Shown piece after piece: positions 39,212 to 49,107 of a DNA stretch of 64,000 nt. The notes below the pieces were generated by a model. It was not told where the DNA came from. It searched no databases and saw only the letters and a list, made by a program, of their open reading frames with translations. Source of the DNA: Pseudomonadota bacterium (lineage in GTDB: Bacteria; Pseudomonadota; Alphaproteobacteria; RF32; CAG-239). The stretch lies in the NCBI GenBank assembly GCA_918234285.1, contig CAKJXZ020000003.1, forward strand, positions 1 through 64,000, given 5' to 3'. The translations under genes were made by a program, and so were the position numbers. Each line of letters starts with the position of its first letter. Position 1 is the first letter of the stretch.

Positions 39212-40237
39212 TTAAGCGGCCTTATTTTTGCTTGATTTTGACGGTGCGGTTTCATTCAAAAAACCGAGTTTTTCCTCAACCTCCCAAATCACGCGCAAGG
39301 CGGCAAGGGCTTGTTCGCCGTTAACTCGTGGAGTTGCCTCGCCGTTGACGCACTTAACAAAGTGATTAAGTTCGGCCAACAGCGGCTGATTAGTCGGAAT
39401 AAACAGCTGTTCCACACTGCCTTTCAAGCCGTAATTCATCCATTCCGGAATTTCTTCCTGATTAACGAACGGCATACGTCCCTGCGAATGAACATTAATA
39501 CTCTGGTTGATAAAATCCATGTCGATATAGTTGGTATCGGTCGTAACCGTCAGAGTGCGCACGCGCGATTGCGTAATGCGGCTGGCCGTAATATTGGCGG
39601 TTGCGCCGTTGGCAAATTCGAGCAATGCCGTAATATAGTCCTTACCGAGCGGGCTTTCTTTGGTCTTTACCGAAGCAGTCTGTACGTTAATAACCGGAGA
39701 TTGCACCAAAGATTGAATAACTTCCACGTCGTGAATCATCAAATCCATCGCCACGTCAACATCGGTAATACGTCCGCTGGCAGCCGACATGCGTTGCGCC
39801 GTAATCGAACGAATTTTGGAGGTATCCGAAAGCAGTTTACCCATTTGTTCCACCGCCGGATTAAAGCGTTCGATATGCCCCACCATCAATACCACATTGT
39901 TTTTCTTGGCGGCGTTAATCAGGCGCATACAACCTTCTTCGGTGGTGGCGAGCGGCTTTTCCATCATACAATGAATACCGTGATTCATAAAAAACTCGCC
40001 GACGTCGGCGTGCGTTACCGATGTGGTTACAACGCTTACGGCGTCAACATTGGCGGCCACTTCTTCCATAGAAGAAAATGCCTTTATGCCAAACGCTTCC
40101 GCCGCCGCTTTCGCTGCTTCCGGAAAAATGTCGTAAACGCCGACAAGCTCTACGCCCTGCATGGTTTTGTATGTTTTGATATGATTTTTACCCATCATAC
40201 CGGCACCGATAACGGCGACTTTTACTGTATTGGTCAT
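39212..40237 (-). CDS. Gfo/Idh/MocA family oxidoreductase
   Basis: GAGMMG, EKP, GHIERFNP and DLMIHD motifs. Confidence 0.93.
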   Translation of the reverse strand: MTNTVKVAVIGAGMMGKNHIKTYKTMQGVELVGVYDIFPEAAKAAAEAFGIKAFSSMEEVAANVDAVSVVTTSVTHADVGEFFMNHGIHCMMEKPLATTEEGCMRLINAAKKNNVVLMVGHIERFNPAVEQMGKLLSDTSKIRSITAQRMSAASGRITDVDVAMDLMIHDVEVIQSLVQSPVINVQTASVKTKESPLGKDYITALLEFANGATANITASRITQSRVRTLTVTTDTNYIDMDFINQSINVHSQGRMPFVNQEEIPEWMNYGLKGSVEQLFIPTNQPLLAELNHFVKCVNGEATPRVNGEQALAALRVIWEVEEKLGFLNETAPSKSSKNKAA

Positions 40238-40431
40238 CAAAAATCCTTTTGTATTTAGCTAAATTACGAATTATGCCACGATATATAGCACATTTTTCGC
40301 GCGCGCGCACTTAACAAGTTGTTACAAAATGTTACAAAGCACGTAAGCTACTGTAATACAAATATATTATACTGTTAATAAGACACAAAAAAGGCCGGCA
40401 TCAAACCGACCTTTTCGTAATTTGCTTACAA

Positions 40432-42150
40432 TCAGCGCCCTTCACCGCTCTTAATATCGTCTTTAAACGATTCGTTGAACTTCTTCGGAGCGTGGTCCGC
40501 CGGCGTCTTCTTCTCCGCCAATTTTCCCAAATCAACACCGTCAGGCGCGATATAATCGTCTTTACTGAACACAATCTTGTTCTTTTTTCTGACATTCATG
40601 GCATGCATATTCTTACGCACATCTTGCAATTTGGAAACAATTTTCTCACGATTTTCTTCCGACTTTATTCTGCCGGTAATACTGAGGAATTTATCGAGCA
40701 TCTTATCATCGATATTACTGAATTTTTCCGTATCCATTTTGTTGATGATAAGATCCGGCAAATAACCGCTGATTTGAGAATATTCACTAAGCTTATTAAT
40801 AGCTTTTTCCATTTCTTTTTTACTCGGGGTGCCGATTTTATTGATATCAATTTTATAATCGGAATCCGGATAGTTTATATTCAAAAGTGCGCAAATTTCG
40901 CTATTCAGACGCCGTACATTTTTCTCATGACGATAAACATTGCGCATTCTCTTTTCAAACATGGTTTTTTCATGGTTCACCGCCATCTCTTTTTGTGAAG
41001 AATCTTCAAAAGCCAGCGCTTTTTTCATAGTCTCTTTTACTTTGTTTTCAATATCATCTTGCCCTCTGTATTTATCGGCGGTAGAGGCCAATATCTCTCT
41101 GATTTCGGCACGATGTCCCGCAACTTCGACCAATTTATTCAAAGCGCCGAAGGCTTGACTTTCCTGTCCGTCGGCAAATATCAAGCCGCCGTTTTCATCT
41201 GTCAAAGCGTTATGGAGCGTATACATGGCACATACTGCCAAGCGTTCCTTAACCTCCGGATTCTTTTCCGCTTTTATGGCCTTATTGATATAGGTCATAA
41301 TCTTTGCGGATTTATCTTTGATTTCGGCCTCACTGTCAGCCGGAATACCTTCCATGGCTTCACGGAAAATAACTCCGTAAACATCACCGCGTACGGAACC
41401 ATTGGCGATTTGCGCAACGCTTTTAATGTTTTCCATAATGGTTTCAACGGCCTTTTGCGGATCTTTCTTCATGGCAAATTTCAGCTCTTGTTCAAAAATA
41501 TCCGCACGTTCTCCTCCACTCGGATTGTTTTGGAACGATTCGATAATCTTTTCAAAGTTACCTTTGTTTCTGTCATACCCGTTTTTCATAAGCGCAATCC
41601 GTTCTCCCAGTATATTGGAAACCGGTAAGATACTCGGTACAATCGGATAAGCTTTTTCATAAATTTTATGTATTTTTTCATACGTTGCCAAATCCGGATT
41701 TGCGGTTTTGTTATAGTTTTCGGTATGCTTATTAAGTGTTGCCAGAACAACCTTAGTCTGCCGGATTGCCTCACTGTTGGAATGCTTATACTTAAACTTT
41801 GAAATCACCCTGTCCGCCAGTTCGGTTAAAAGCCCGATATCTCCTTTTCCGGCCGCTTTTTCGATTTTCATAGCACTGTTAAGAACAGACTGAATATTTT
41901 TAGGATTCAGCTCAATCGCCGCCTGCATATTTTTCGCCAGTTCATTATTTTTCATACTGCCGTTCGTCAGAGCAGCCGCAAATTCTTCTGCACGCTCCGC
42001 CAACAAATTTGCCACATCGTTAGAAGCTTGAACTTTTTCTTCGTCTGTCTGCGCATCGCTCAATACGGCATCTATAATGTTGGTGGCTGTTTTCGGGTTG
42101 AATTCTTTGTGGATTTTCGCTATTCTGAAACTGTTAAAAGTATAAGCCAT
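40432..42150 (-). CDS. Large alpha-helical orphan protein (572 aa)
   Basis: AGGAG RBS, own promoter and terminator, C-terminus ..KSGEGR. Confidence 0.8.
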   Translation of the reverse strand: MAYTFNSFRIAKIHKEFNPKTATNIIDAVLSDAQTDEEKVQASNDVANLLAERAEEFAAALTNGSMKNNELAKNMQAAIELNPKNIQSVLNSAMKIEKAAGKGDIGLLTELADRVISKFKYKHSNSEAIRQTKVVLATLNKHTENYNKTANPDLATYEKIHKIYEKAYPIVPSILPVSNILGERIALMKNGYDRNKGNFEKIIESFQNNPSGGERADIFEQELKFAMKKDPQKAVETIMENIKSVAQIANGSVRGDVYGVIFREAMEGIPADSEAEIKDKSAKIMTYINKAIKAEKNPEVKERLAVCAMYTLHNALTDENGGLIFADGQESQAFGALNKLVEVAGHRAEIREILASTADKYRGQDDIENKVKETMKKALAFEDSSQKEMAVNHEKTMFEKRMRNVYRHEKNVRRLNSEICALLNINYPDSDYKIDINKIGTPSKKEMEKAINKLSEYSQISGYLPDLIINKMDTEKFSNIDDKMLDKFLSITGRIKSEENREKIVSKLQDVRKNMHAMNVRKKNKIVFSKDDYIAPDGVDLGKLAEKKTPADHAPKKFNESFKDDIKSGEGR

Positions 42151-42181
42151 TTTAAATCTCCTTTATGTATTATATGCGTGC

Positions 42182-42209
42182 AGTATAGCATATTTTTACG
42201 TTTTGTCAA
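42182..42209 (-). promoter_or_regulatory. Sigma70 promoter
   Basis: TTGACA-16 bp-TATACT with extended TG. Confidence 0.6.
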
Positions 42210-42317
42210 CTTTTTTATTAAATCAATAATCATACCGAAAATCCTTTTTTTAAGCATATCTTAAACTTTACCCTGTATTTTGAATTAAATATTGTGCAAT
42301 TTGCGAGGTTATGAACG

Positions 42318-42926
42318 ATGAACATTTTCAGCAAAATAGTCTGTACGGCCGCTATGGCTGTATTTTTGAACGCCTGTTCTTCAATGAACAACAACACGGC
42401 GGTACCGGAACGTTACAGCGATTTACATTTTGACAACAAAGCACCGATTCAACTTATGGTTAAGTCAGTGGAAATCAAATCGGAATTTACTCCGTCGTTT
42501 ACTCGCCCGCACGTTGAACATATGCTCCCTATTTCGATTGAAAAAACCGCCAAAACATGGGCCAAAGAGCGCTTGCAGGCTACCGACTTTTCTTCCAACA
42601 GCGTGGCGGAATTTATTATTCAAGATGCCAGTGTGACCGAAACCGAAGAAAAATCTGGACAATTCTTAAGCAAAGATCGCTTAAAATATCATGCCACCCT
42701 CAAGGTGTTGTTGCGTGTGGTTGACAACAAGTCTTCGGCCTCTGCCAATGTTGAGGCCTGGCGTGATTTGGTTATGGCAATCGATACCAATATCGAAGAT
42801 AAAGAACAACATTGGAATGATATGGTTATCAACTTATTCCAAGCCTTTGATTCCAGTATGGAAAAGCAGATTTACCAATCGCTCAACATGTATATTAAAG
42901 ACAATACATCGATTACCACATACTAG
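42318..42926 (+). CDS. Conserved lipoprotein
   Basis: Lipobox FLNAC after hydrophobic signal. Confidence 0.8.
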   Translation: MNIFSKIVCTAAMAVFLNACSSMNNNTAVPERYSDLHFDNKAPIQLMVKSVEIKSEFTPSFTRPHVEHMLPISIEKTAKTWAKERLQATDFSSNSVAEFIIQDASVTETEEKSGQFLSKDRLKYHATLKVLLRVVDNKSSASANVEAWRDLVMAIDTNIEDKEQHWNDMVINLFQAFDSSMEKQIYQSLNMYIKDNTSITTY

Positions 42927-43061
42927 AAAATCGCATATATCTGAATTTACCGACGGGGCTCAACACCCCGCCGTTTTTTTATAATCGATTGACAATGCGG
43001 CAAATAAAGTTTATACCGTTTCCATAACTTTGAATTATTAATTTATCAATTAAAAATAATT

Positions 43062-43589
43062 ATGACTAAATCAGGTTTTGAGGCGTGGCTGGATAGTCTG
43101 CGCCTGGCTTGGGAAAATTTTCCCGATGCATTTGTGTTCGCACTGCTGACGGTAGGTACCTGGCTGTTTATTATCAGCTTGTGTTTTTCGGTTATCCGTA
43201 TTTTTACGAGGTCTATATCTTTCGACCTTGCCGGTCTGGATGATATTCTGCAAGACAAACTGCAAGACCCTTACAGTTTTTACGACGGAACTTACGAATT
43301 GCCGAAGAAAAACACCCGAAAGGCGATGATTTATGCCAATTTGAGCTATCACACTTTCTGGAACGCGGTGATTATGTATCGCTACCGGCTGTGCGGAGAA
43401 CCGATTAACCGAATGTATTTCAGAGTAAATCGCTGGAAGAATCACGACTTTCTTCCGTTCGGTTTGTTTACGACAACCTTTCGGTTCACCATGTTGTTCT
43501 CGTTGTGCTTCATCTGGGGATACCCCGTCTTTTTGGCGATTGTATTAATCCGCATGAAGTTATACGCAAAAAAGAAACCTCTCTACTGA
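43062..43589 (+). CDS. Hypothetical membrane protein
   Basis: Two TM segments; TTGACA promoter at ~42988; terminator at ~43594-43624. Confidence 0.6.
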   Translation: MTKSGFEAWLDSLRLAWENFPDAFVFALLTVGTWLFIISLCFSVIRIFTRSISFDLAGLDDILQDKLQDPYSFYDGTYELPKKNTRKAMIYANLSYHTFWNAVIMYRYRLCGEPINRMYFRVNRWKNHDFLPFGLFTTTFRFTMLFSLCFIWGYPVFLAIVLIRMKLYAKKKPLY

Positions 43590-43643
43590 AACAAAACTCC
43601 GCAAGTCAAACACTTGCGGAGTTTCTTCTTAAGCTTAGAAAGA

Positions 43644-44585
43644 TTATTGTACGTTTCCGAACGGATTGACGTTTTCTTCTTCCTGTGCGGCTTTGCGCAA
43701 ATCAAACCAGTTCAAAATCGGCACTGCCACAAAAATCGAGGAATATGTACCGATAACGACACCGATGGTAATTACAAATGCAAAGCTGTAAAGCGCCGCA
43801 CCGCCGAACACCAGCAATGCCAACGAGGCCAGCAACGTGGTCAAGCTGGTTAAAATCGTACGCGAGAAAATATCGTTAATACTCTTATTTAACAAATCGT
43901 ATTGCGGCATTTTCTTAAACTTTTGCAGATTTTCTCTGATACGGTCATATGTCACCACCGTATCGTTCACCGAATAACCGGCAAGCGTCAAAATGGCGGC
44001 AATCGTCGTCAGACTGAAATCCAAATGGAAGATGGAAAGCAGGCCGACCGTGATAAAAATATCGTGAAACAGACCGAGCAAAGCACCTACGGCAAAACGC
44101 CATTCAAAACGGAACCATACATACAAGCTGATGGCAACGCAAGCAAAAATCGAGGCCAAAACGCCGGAAAGTTTCAACTCGTCACCGACTTGCGGACCCA
44201 CTGATTCGATGCTCTCAAACGTATAATCGCTACCCAAAATATCTTTAATCTGATTAACGGCAATACGCTGACTTTCTTCATCGGCATTGTTGGCCTGCGC
44301 TCTGATGAGTAGCTGGTCACCTTCTTTGCCGACGGATTGAATGTTCAATTCATCAAGGTTCAGCGTCGAAAGCTGAGAACGTACCTTTTCCACATCGGCC
44401 GTACCGTCTTTGGCGCGTACATCCATCGCCACACCGCCGGAGAAGTCAATACCGTAGTTAAAACCTCTCAGCGCAATACTGGCAATCGACGCGGCAATCA
44501 ACAGCAACGAAATTGCATAACCGACTTTACGCCATTTCAAAAAGTCGATGGTTGTATCTTTCATAATCCAACTGAATATTTTCAT
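43644..44585 (-). CDS. secF: Protein translocase subunit SecF
   Basis: GIDFSGG, VGPQVG and GYSVNDTVV.YDRIRE motifs. Confidence 0.97.
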   Translation of the reverse strand: MKIFSWIMKDTTIDFLKWRKVGYAISLLLIAASIASIALRGFNYGIDFSGGVAMDVRAKDGTADVEKVRSQLSTLNLDELNIQSVGKEGDQLLIRAQANNADEESQRIAVNQIKDILGSDYTFESIESVGPQVGDELKLSGVLASIFACVAISLYVWFRFEWRFAVGALLGLFHDIFITVGLLSIFHLDFSLTTIAAILTLAGYSVNDTVVTYDRIRENLQKFKKMPQYDLLNKSINDIFSRTILTSLTTLLASLALLVFGGAALYSFAFVITIGVVIGTYSSIFVAVPILNWFDLRKAAQEEENVNPFGNVQ

Positions 44586-44603
44586 TTTCTTTTTCCTTTT
44601 TTA

Positions 44604-46154
44604 TTATAACGGTAACTTTGTCGGTTTATATTTGGCAAGCCACGCTTCCACCATCAAACGGCTGACCGTAACCGATGTAAACATCGAAACGATAATACCG
44701 ATGGTCAAGGTTACGGCAAAACCGCGTACCGGACCGCTGCCGAAGTAGAACAATACCGCTGCCGCCGCCAATGTTGTCAGGTTAGAGTCGACAATGGTGC
44801 GATAAGCTTCGGTAAAGCCGACGGTAATGGCATCACGAATCGAACGGCCGTGATTAACTTCTTCTCTGATGCGTTCAAAAATCAAAATGTTCGCATCAAC
44901 CGCCATACCGATGGTCAGGATAATACCGGCAATACCAGGCAAAGTCAGGGTCGTACCCATAAAGCTCATAATGCCGAGCATAATCGCCACGTTCAAGAAT
45001 AAGGTAACATCAACCATCAAACCGAACAGACTGTAAGCCAAAATCATAAAGATGATAACTGCGGCAAATCCGACTATGGAAGCGGTTACACCGGCCTTAA
45101 TCGAATCCGCACCCAAGCCTGCGCCTACGGTTCTTTCTTCCATCACTTCAAGCGGAGCCGGCAAAGCACCGGAACGCAGCAACAAAGCCAAATCATTAGC
45201 GCTCTTGGTGGTAAAGTTACCGGTAATGATACCGCTGCCGCCGGTAATGGCCGTCTGAATGTTCGGAGCGGAAATTACTTCGTTATCCAAAACAATTGCC
45301 AATCTTTCGCCGACATGCTCGCTGGTAACTTCGGCAAACTGGCGTCCGCCAAACGTATCGAAACGGAAGCTTACCACCGGATTCGGACCATCAAACGTAA
45401 CTTTGGCATCGGTCAAATGTTCGCCGCCGACGACCGGCTTACGGAACACAACATATTGCTCGCCTTCCGAACCGCTCATAATCTTTGAAGCTTTGCTGAT
45501 TTTACCGCGCTTGGCCTGAGCCAGTGTGGTAGATTCATCAACCAAATGAAAATCCATTTTGGCGGTTTTACCGAGCAAAATCTTCACACTTTCCGGATTC
45601 TGCACACCCGGCAACTGTACCAAAATACGGTCGGAGCCCTGTCCTTGAATAATCGGTTCTTTGGTTCCGAGTTCATCAATACGGCGACGCACGATGCTGA
45701 TGGATTGGTCAATCACACGATTTTTCAAAGCAGCCATTGCCTGTTCGTTGTAGGTCACGGTCAAAACTCCCTCGCCGTTTTCGTCTTCGGTTACCACCAA
45801 GCCTTCATCCAACTTGCGGAAGGCTTCTTTAGCCTTATCGCGTGCATTATAATCGGCAATTTTAACGGTAACCCCGTCTTTATCGGATTTCAAATCCTGA
45901 TAGCGAGTTCTGCGATCGCGCAAAGATTTACGCACCAAATCTTCAACCGTAGACATCTTGTCACGCAAAACATCATCCATTTTAACTTGCAACAGCAAAC
46001 TGGAACCGCCCTGCAAATCCAAACCCAAATTGACCGGTTGCCACCACTTCGGCAACTTTGTCTTATCCGGAGCAAAGTTCGGTATTGCAAAAAATATACC
46101 TACCAAACAAATGGCAATAATTATCAAAATTCGATTAAGTGATAATTTATACAT
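44604..46154 (-). CDS. secD: Protein translocase subunit SecD
   Basis: LGLDLQGG, LRSGALPA and GMAVDANILIFERIREE motifs. Confidence 0.97.
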   Translation of the reverse strand: MYKLSLNRILIIIAICLVGIFFAIPNFAPDKTKLPKWWQPVNLGLDLQGGSSLLLQVKMDDVLRDKMSTVEDLVRKSLRDRRTRYQDLKSDKDGVTVKIADYNARDKAKEAFRKLDEGLVVTEDENGEGVLTVTYNEQAMAALKNRVIDQSISIVRRRIDELGTKEPIIQGQGSDRILVQLPGVQNPESVKILLGKTAKMDFHLVDESTTLAQAKRGKISKASKIMSGSEGEQYVVFRKPVVGGEHLTDAKVTFDGPNPVVSFRFDTFGGRQFAEVTSEHVGERLAIVLDNEVISAPNIQTAITGGSGIITGNFTTKSANDLALLLRSGALPAPLEVMEERTVGAGLGADSIKAGVTASIVGFAAVIIFMILAYSLFGLMVDVTLFLNVAIMLGIMSFMGTTLTLPGIAGIILTIGMAVDANILIFERIREEVNHGRSIRDAITVGFTEAYRTIVDSNLTTLAAAAVLFYFGSGPVRGFAVTLTIGIIVSMFTSVTVSRLMVEAWLAKYKPTKLPL

Positions 46155-46155
46155 T

Positions 46156-46533
46156 TTATTTTCCTTTTTTTACTTTTTTATTTGCTTTTTCAGCTTTTGA
46201 ACCCTCAACAACCGCCTTAGGCGCTTCATTAATCACCGCGCCGACGGTCATCCGATCGATCAAAACTTCAACATTCGGAGCAATTTCCGCATATACTTTA
46301 TCGTCTTTTATTTTGGAAATCTTACCGTAAATACCGCTGGTCAACAAAACCTTATCTCCTACCTTCAATGCATCAACCATCGCAGCATGCTCGCGCATCT
46401 TCTTATATTGCGGGCGAATAAGAACAAAATAGAAAATCAAAAAGATCAATGCCAACTGTATCAACGTACCGGCAATGGGACTTCCCGAAACCGCAGCCGC
46501 CGTTTCCGCAGCATAGGCGTCATTTATAAACAT
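46156..46533 (-). CDS. yajC: Preprotein translocase subunit YajC
   Basis: FYFVLIRPQ, L.VGD.V...SGIYG motifs; upstream of secD. Confidence 0.95.
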   Translation of the reverse strand: MFINDAYAAETAAAVSGSPIAGTLIQLALIFLIFYFVLIRPQYKKMREHAAMVDALKVGDKVLLTSGIYGKISKIKDDKVYAEIAPNVEVLIDRMTVGAVINEAPKAVVEGSKAEKANKKVKKGK

Positions 46534-46640
46534 TTTTTTCTCCTGACATATTACAACAATATTTTATGTAGGTATTACTATACCCTTTTTGCAATAGAAA
46601 AAACTAAAAATTCAAGTTATTAACGTATTTTTATCCGAAA

Positions 46641-47291
46641 TTACTCCGAAACCGCATTTTCATTTTCTGCCACTTCGTCGGTATTCTCTCCTTCCCCTTC
46701 GCCTTCTTCTTCAACATCGGTCTCGTCATACGAAAACTCCATTCCCGTTTCAACGTTTTCCTGTCGACGCGATGTATCTTCCTGCATCTCGGAAATCGGC
46801 TCGCCGTTTTCCGCAGCTTCAGACAGGGTTTCTTTATGTACCGATTCCGGCATTACCAGTGACGGAATACTCTCATGCGCCGCCAACTGCTCGGCAGAAA
46901 GTAACAATTTCTTATCCACTTTTCTATCTTCGCAACTGAGCAACCACACGTCATAAATCGGGTGTTCCACCGCATGCGTGGCCGGCGACGACGATATCAT
47001 CCAACCGCGAAAAATATTTACATCTTCGCCTTTCAGTGTTTTATCCGCAATATCGGCAAATACGAAATTATCCGGCGTTTCTTCCATCGGGCGGGTTTTG
47101 CAGGCACGCACCACGATCGAAAGCGAACCGAACTCGACCATACCGCCGACCGGCACGTATATCACGCTGACCCGTCCGGTGATTTTATCCATCGCTTGCA
47201 TTTTAGCCGTATTTTTATCGATTCCCGAAGCCTCGGCCGTAAACACGGCACAACACGCCAAAGCGCAACATATTTTAAATATCTTATTCAT
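46641..47291 (-). CDS. DUF2155-family protein
   Basis: DKITGR, FGSL, F.GWM.SSSP..EHPIYDVW..C motifs. Confidence 0.85.
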   Translation of the reverse strand: MNKIFKICCALACCAVFTAEASGIDKNTAKMQAMDKITGRVSVIYVPVGGMVEFGSLSIVVRACKTRPMEETPDNFVFADIADKTLKGEDVNIFRGWMISSSPATHAVEHPIYDVWLLSCEDRKVDKKLLLSAEQLAAHESIPSLVMPESVHKETLSEAAENGEPISEMQEDTSRRQENVETGMEFSYDETDVEEEGEGEGENTDEVAENENAVSE

Positions 47292-47745
47292 CTTTGCTAC
47301 CGCTGTCAGTTACCATAAAAATCACTTCGCCGACCATATCTTCCAGCGTCTTGAAATCCTTGGTCTTGGCAAAAACATCGCCATCCGCCAAATATTCTTT
47401 GGAAATACCGGGATCTATTTTAACGAATTTATCTCCCATCAGGCCGTCACCGACAATTTCAGCCGTACTGTCTTTCGGCAATTTTACGTTTGAGGCAATA
47501 TTGAAGGTAACTTTTACCGTATAATCTTCATTGTTCAAATCTTGTGCCGTAACCGTACCGACCTTAATGCCGTTAATCCGCACATCTGAACCGACGCTGA
47601 GCCCGCCCACTTTCAAAAATTCGGCACTCACGGAATATCCCTGTACCACCTGCAGGTCCGACACCCGATAGGCAAAACCCAAAAACAATAAAGCAATAAT
47701 CAGAACAACAAGTCCCATAATGGTTTCAACCGGTTTTTTACGCAT
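47284..47745 (-). CDS. mlaD: MlaD (MCE) protein
   Basis: Start corrected to MRKKPVETIMG; GGL.VGSDVRI.GIKVG.V and GLMGDKFV.I.PG motifs. Confidence 0.88.
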   Translation of the reverse strand: MRKKPVETIMGLVVLIIALLFLGFAYRVSDLQVVQGYSVSAEFLKVGGLSVGSDVRINGIKVGTVTAQDLNNEDYTVKVTFNIASNVKLPKDSTAEIVGDGLMGDKFVKIDPGISKEYLADGDVFAKTKDFKTLEDMVGEVIFMVTDSGSKDE

Positions 47746-47746
47746 C

Positions 47747-48256
47747 TTAATTCTCCTCCTGCGGTGTTGTTGACGGTTCGGATTTGGCACTGAGCTTAGC
47801 TTTGCCCATTGATATAATCCGGTCAATCAATTCTTCCAAAATAATCGCGTCCTGCGTATACGAAAATTCGCCTTCGTTCACGATAAAATCCTCCGAACCG
47901 CCCGGCTCGACTTCAATATACTTGTTACCCATAATTCCGGAACTGACAATCGCCGCACTGCTGTCATCCGGAATTTGTATTTCCTTGCGAATCTTAAGTG
48001 TCAGAGTGGCTCTGAAATCGTCATCAAGTTCGTTATCGGCCACATAACCCACATCAATACCCGCCAAACGCACTTTATCGCCGATTACCAAACCATCGGT
48101 ACGATTATAAGTTGCATACACGGTATAATCGGAATTCTCGGCATTTTCCCAATCGTTTTGGTTTAACTTAAATATCAAAAAGGCCGCCAGGCAAAAAATC
48201 AACACCCCCAGGCCGATGATAAAGTTTCGTAATTCTTCTTTTGTAAATTCGTTCAA
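47747..48256 (-). CDS. mlaD: MlaD (MCE) protein, second copy
   Basis: TTG start with GGAG RBS; DGL..GD.VRLAGI.VG, IPDDSSA and GNKYIE.EPGG motifs. Confidence 0.88.
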   Translation of the reverse strand: MNEFTKEELRNFIIGLGVLIFCLAAFLIFKLNQNDWENAENSDYTVYATYNRTDGLVIGDKVRLAGIDVGYVADNELDDDFRATLTLKIRKEIQIPDDSSAAIVSSGIMGNKYIEVEPGGSEDFIVNEGEFSYTQDAIILEELIDRIISMGKAKLSAKSEPSTTPQEEN

Positions 48257-48396
48257 TTTTATTTGCTCCGTTTAAGCTTTTTGTTAATTATTACTCTATT
48301 AAAATCAATTTGTCATCAATGTTTTTTCATTATGGTTGAAAAAAATTATTAAATAATGTTATATATAGGTATAATTCACCAAATTGAGGGTACAAT

Positions 48397-49107
48397 ATGC
48401 TGAAAATCGACAATATTTCAAAATCTTTTGATGATAAACGCGTTTTATCTGATATTTCTTTGCAACTCGAAAAAGGATATGTTGCGGCATTGCTCGGCGA
48501 AAACGGTGCCGGAAAGTCAACGTTGATGCGCATTTTAAGCGGATATTTTGAGGCGGACACCGGTACGATTACGTTGGATAATCTGGATATTAAAACCGAC
48601 CGCATCGCTTATCTGCGCCGCATCGGTTATGTTCAGGAAATCTCCGCCTTATACGGCGAAATGAGTGTTTATGATTTTCTGAACTTTGTTGCAACGATTC
48701 GCCAAATTCCGCAAGAAACGATTTCGGCGCGCTTAAATGACGTAATCGGGCAATTACAGCTCAAAGAAGTACTACCGCAAAAATGCGAAACCTTATCCAA
48801 AGGCTTTAAAAAGCGCACGGAACTGGCCGCCGTTTTGTTGGCCGAGCCGGAAGTACTTTTTTTGGACGAGCCGACGGAAGGCCTCGACCCCAACCAAAAA
48901 GATGCCATTCGCAAAATCATCAAAAAATATGCCCGCAATCATCTTATCATAATTTCTACCCATACTCTGGAAGATGTGGAAGCTCTGGCCGATAAAATTC
49001 TGCTTTTGCATCAAGGAAATTTACTGTTTGACGGGACATTGGCCGATTTCAAGAAAAAATCCCGTAACGATTTATCGGCATCTTTCCGCAAAGCAACGCA
49101 GAAATGA
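48397..49107 (+). CDS. ABC transporter ATP-binding protein (GldA-like)
   Basis: GENGAGKST, LSKG signature and LDEPT motifs. Confidence 0.9.
   Translation: MLKIDNISKSFDDKRVLSDISLQLEKGYVAALLGENGAGKSTLMRILSGYFEADTGTITLDNLDIKTDRIAYLRRIGYVQEISALYGEMSVYDFLNFVATIRQIPQETISARLNDVIGQLQLKEVLPQKCETLSKGFKKRTELAAVLLAEPEVLFLDEPTEGLDPNQKDAIRKIIKKYARNHLIIISTHTLEDVEALADKILLLHQGNLLFDGTLADFKKKSRNDLSASFRKATQK

Noticed and set aside
48272-48287. CtrA boxes here and at 62366-62379
   Set aside because: Spacing is TTAA-N8-TTAA and TTAA-N6-TTAA, not N7.
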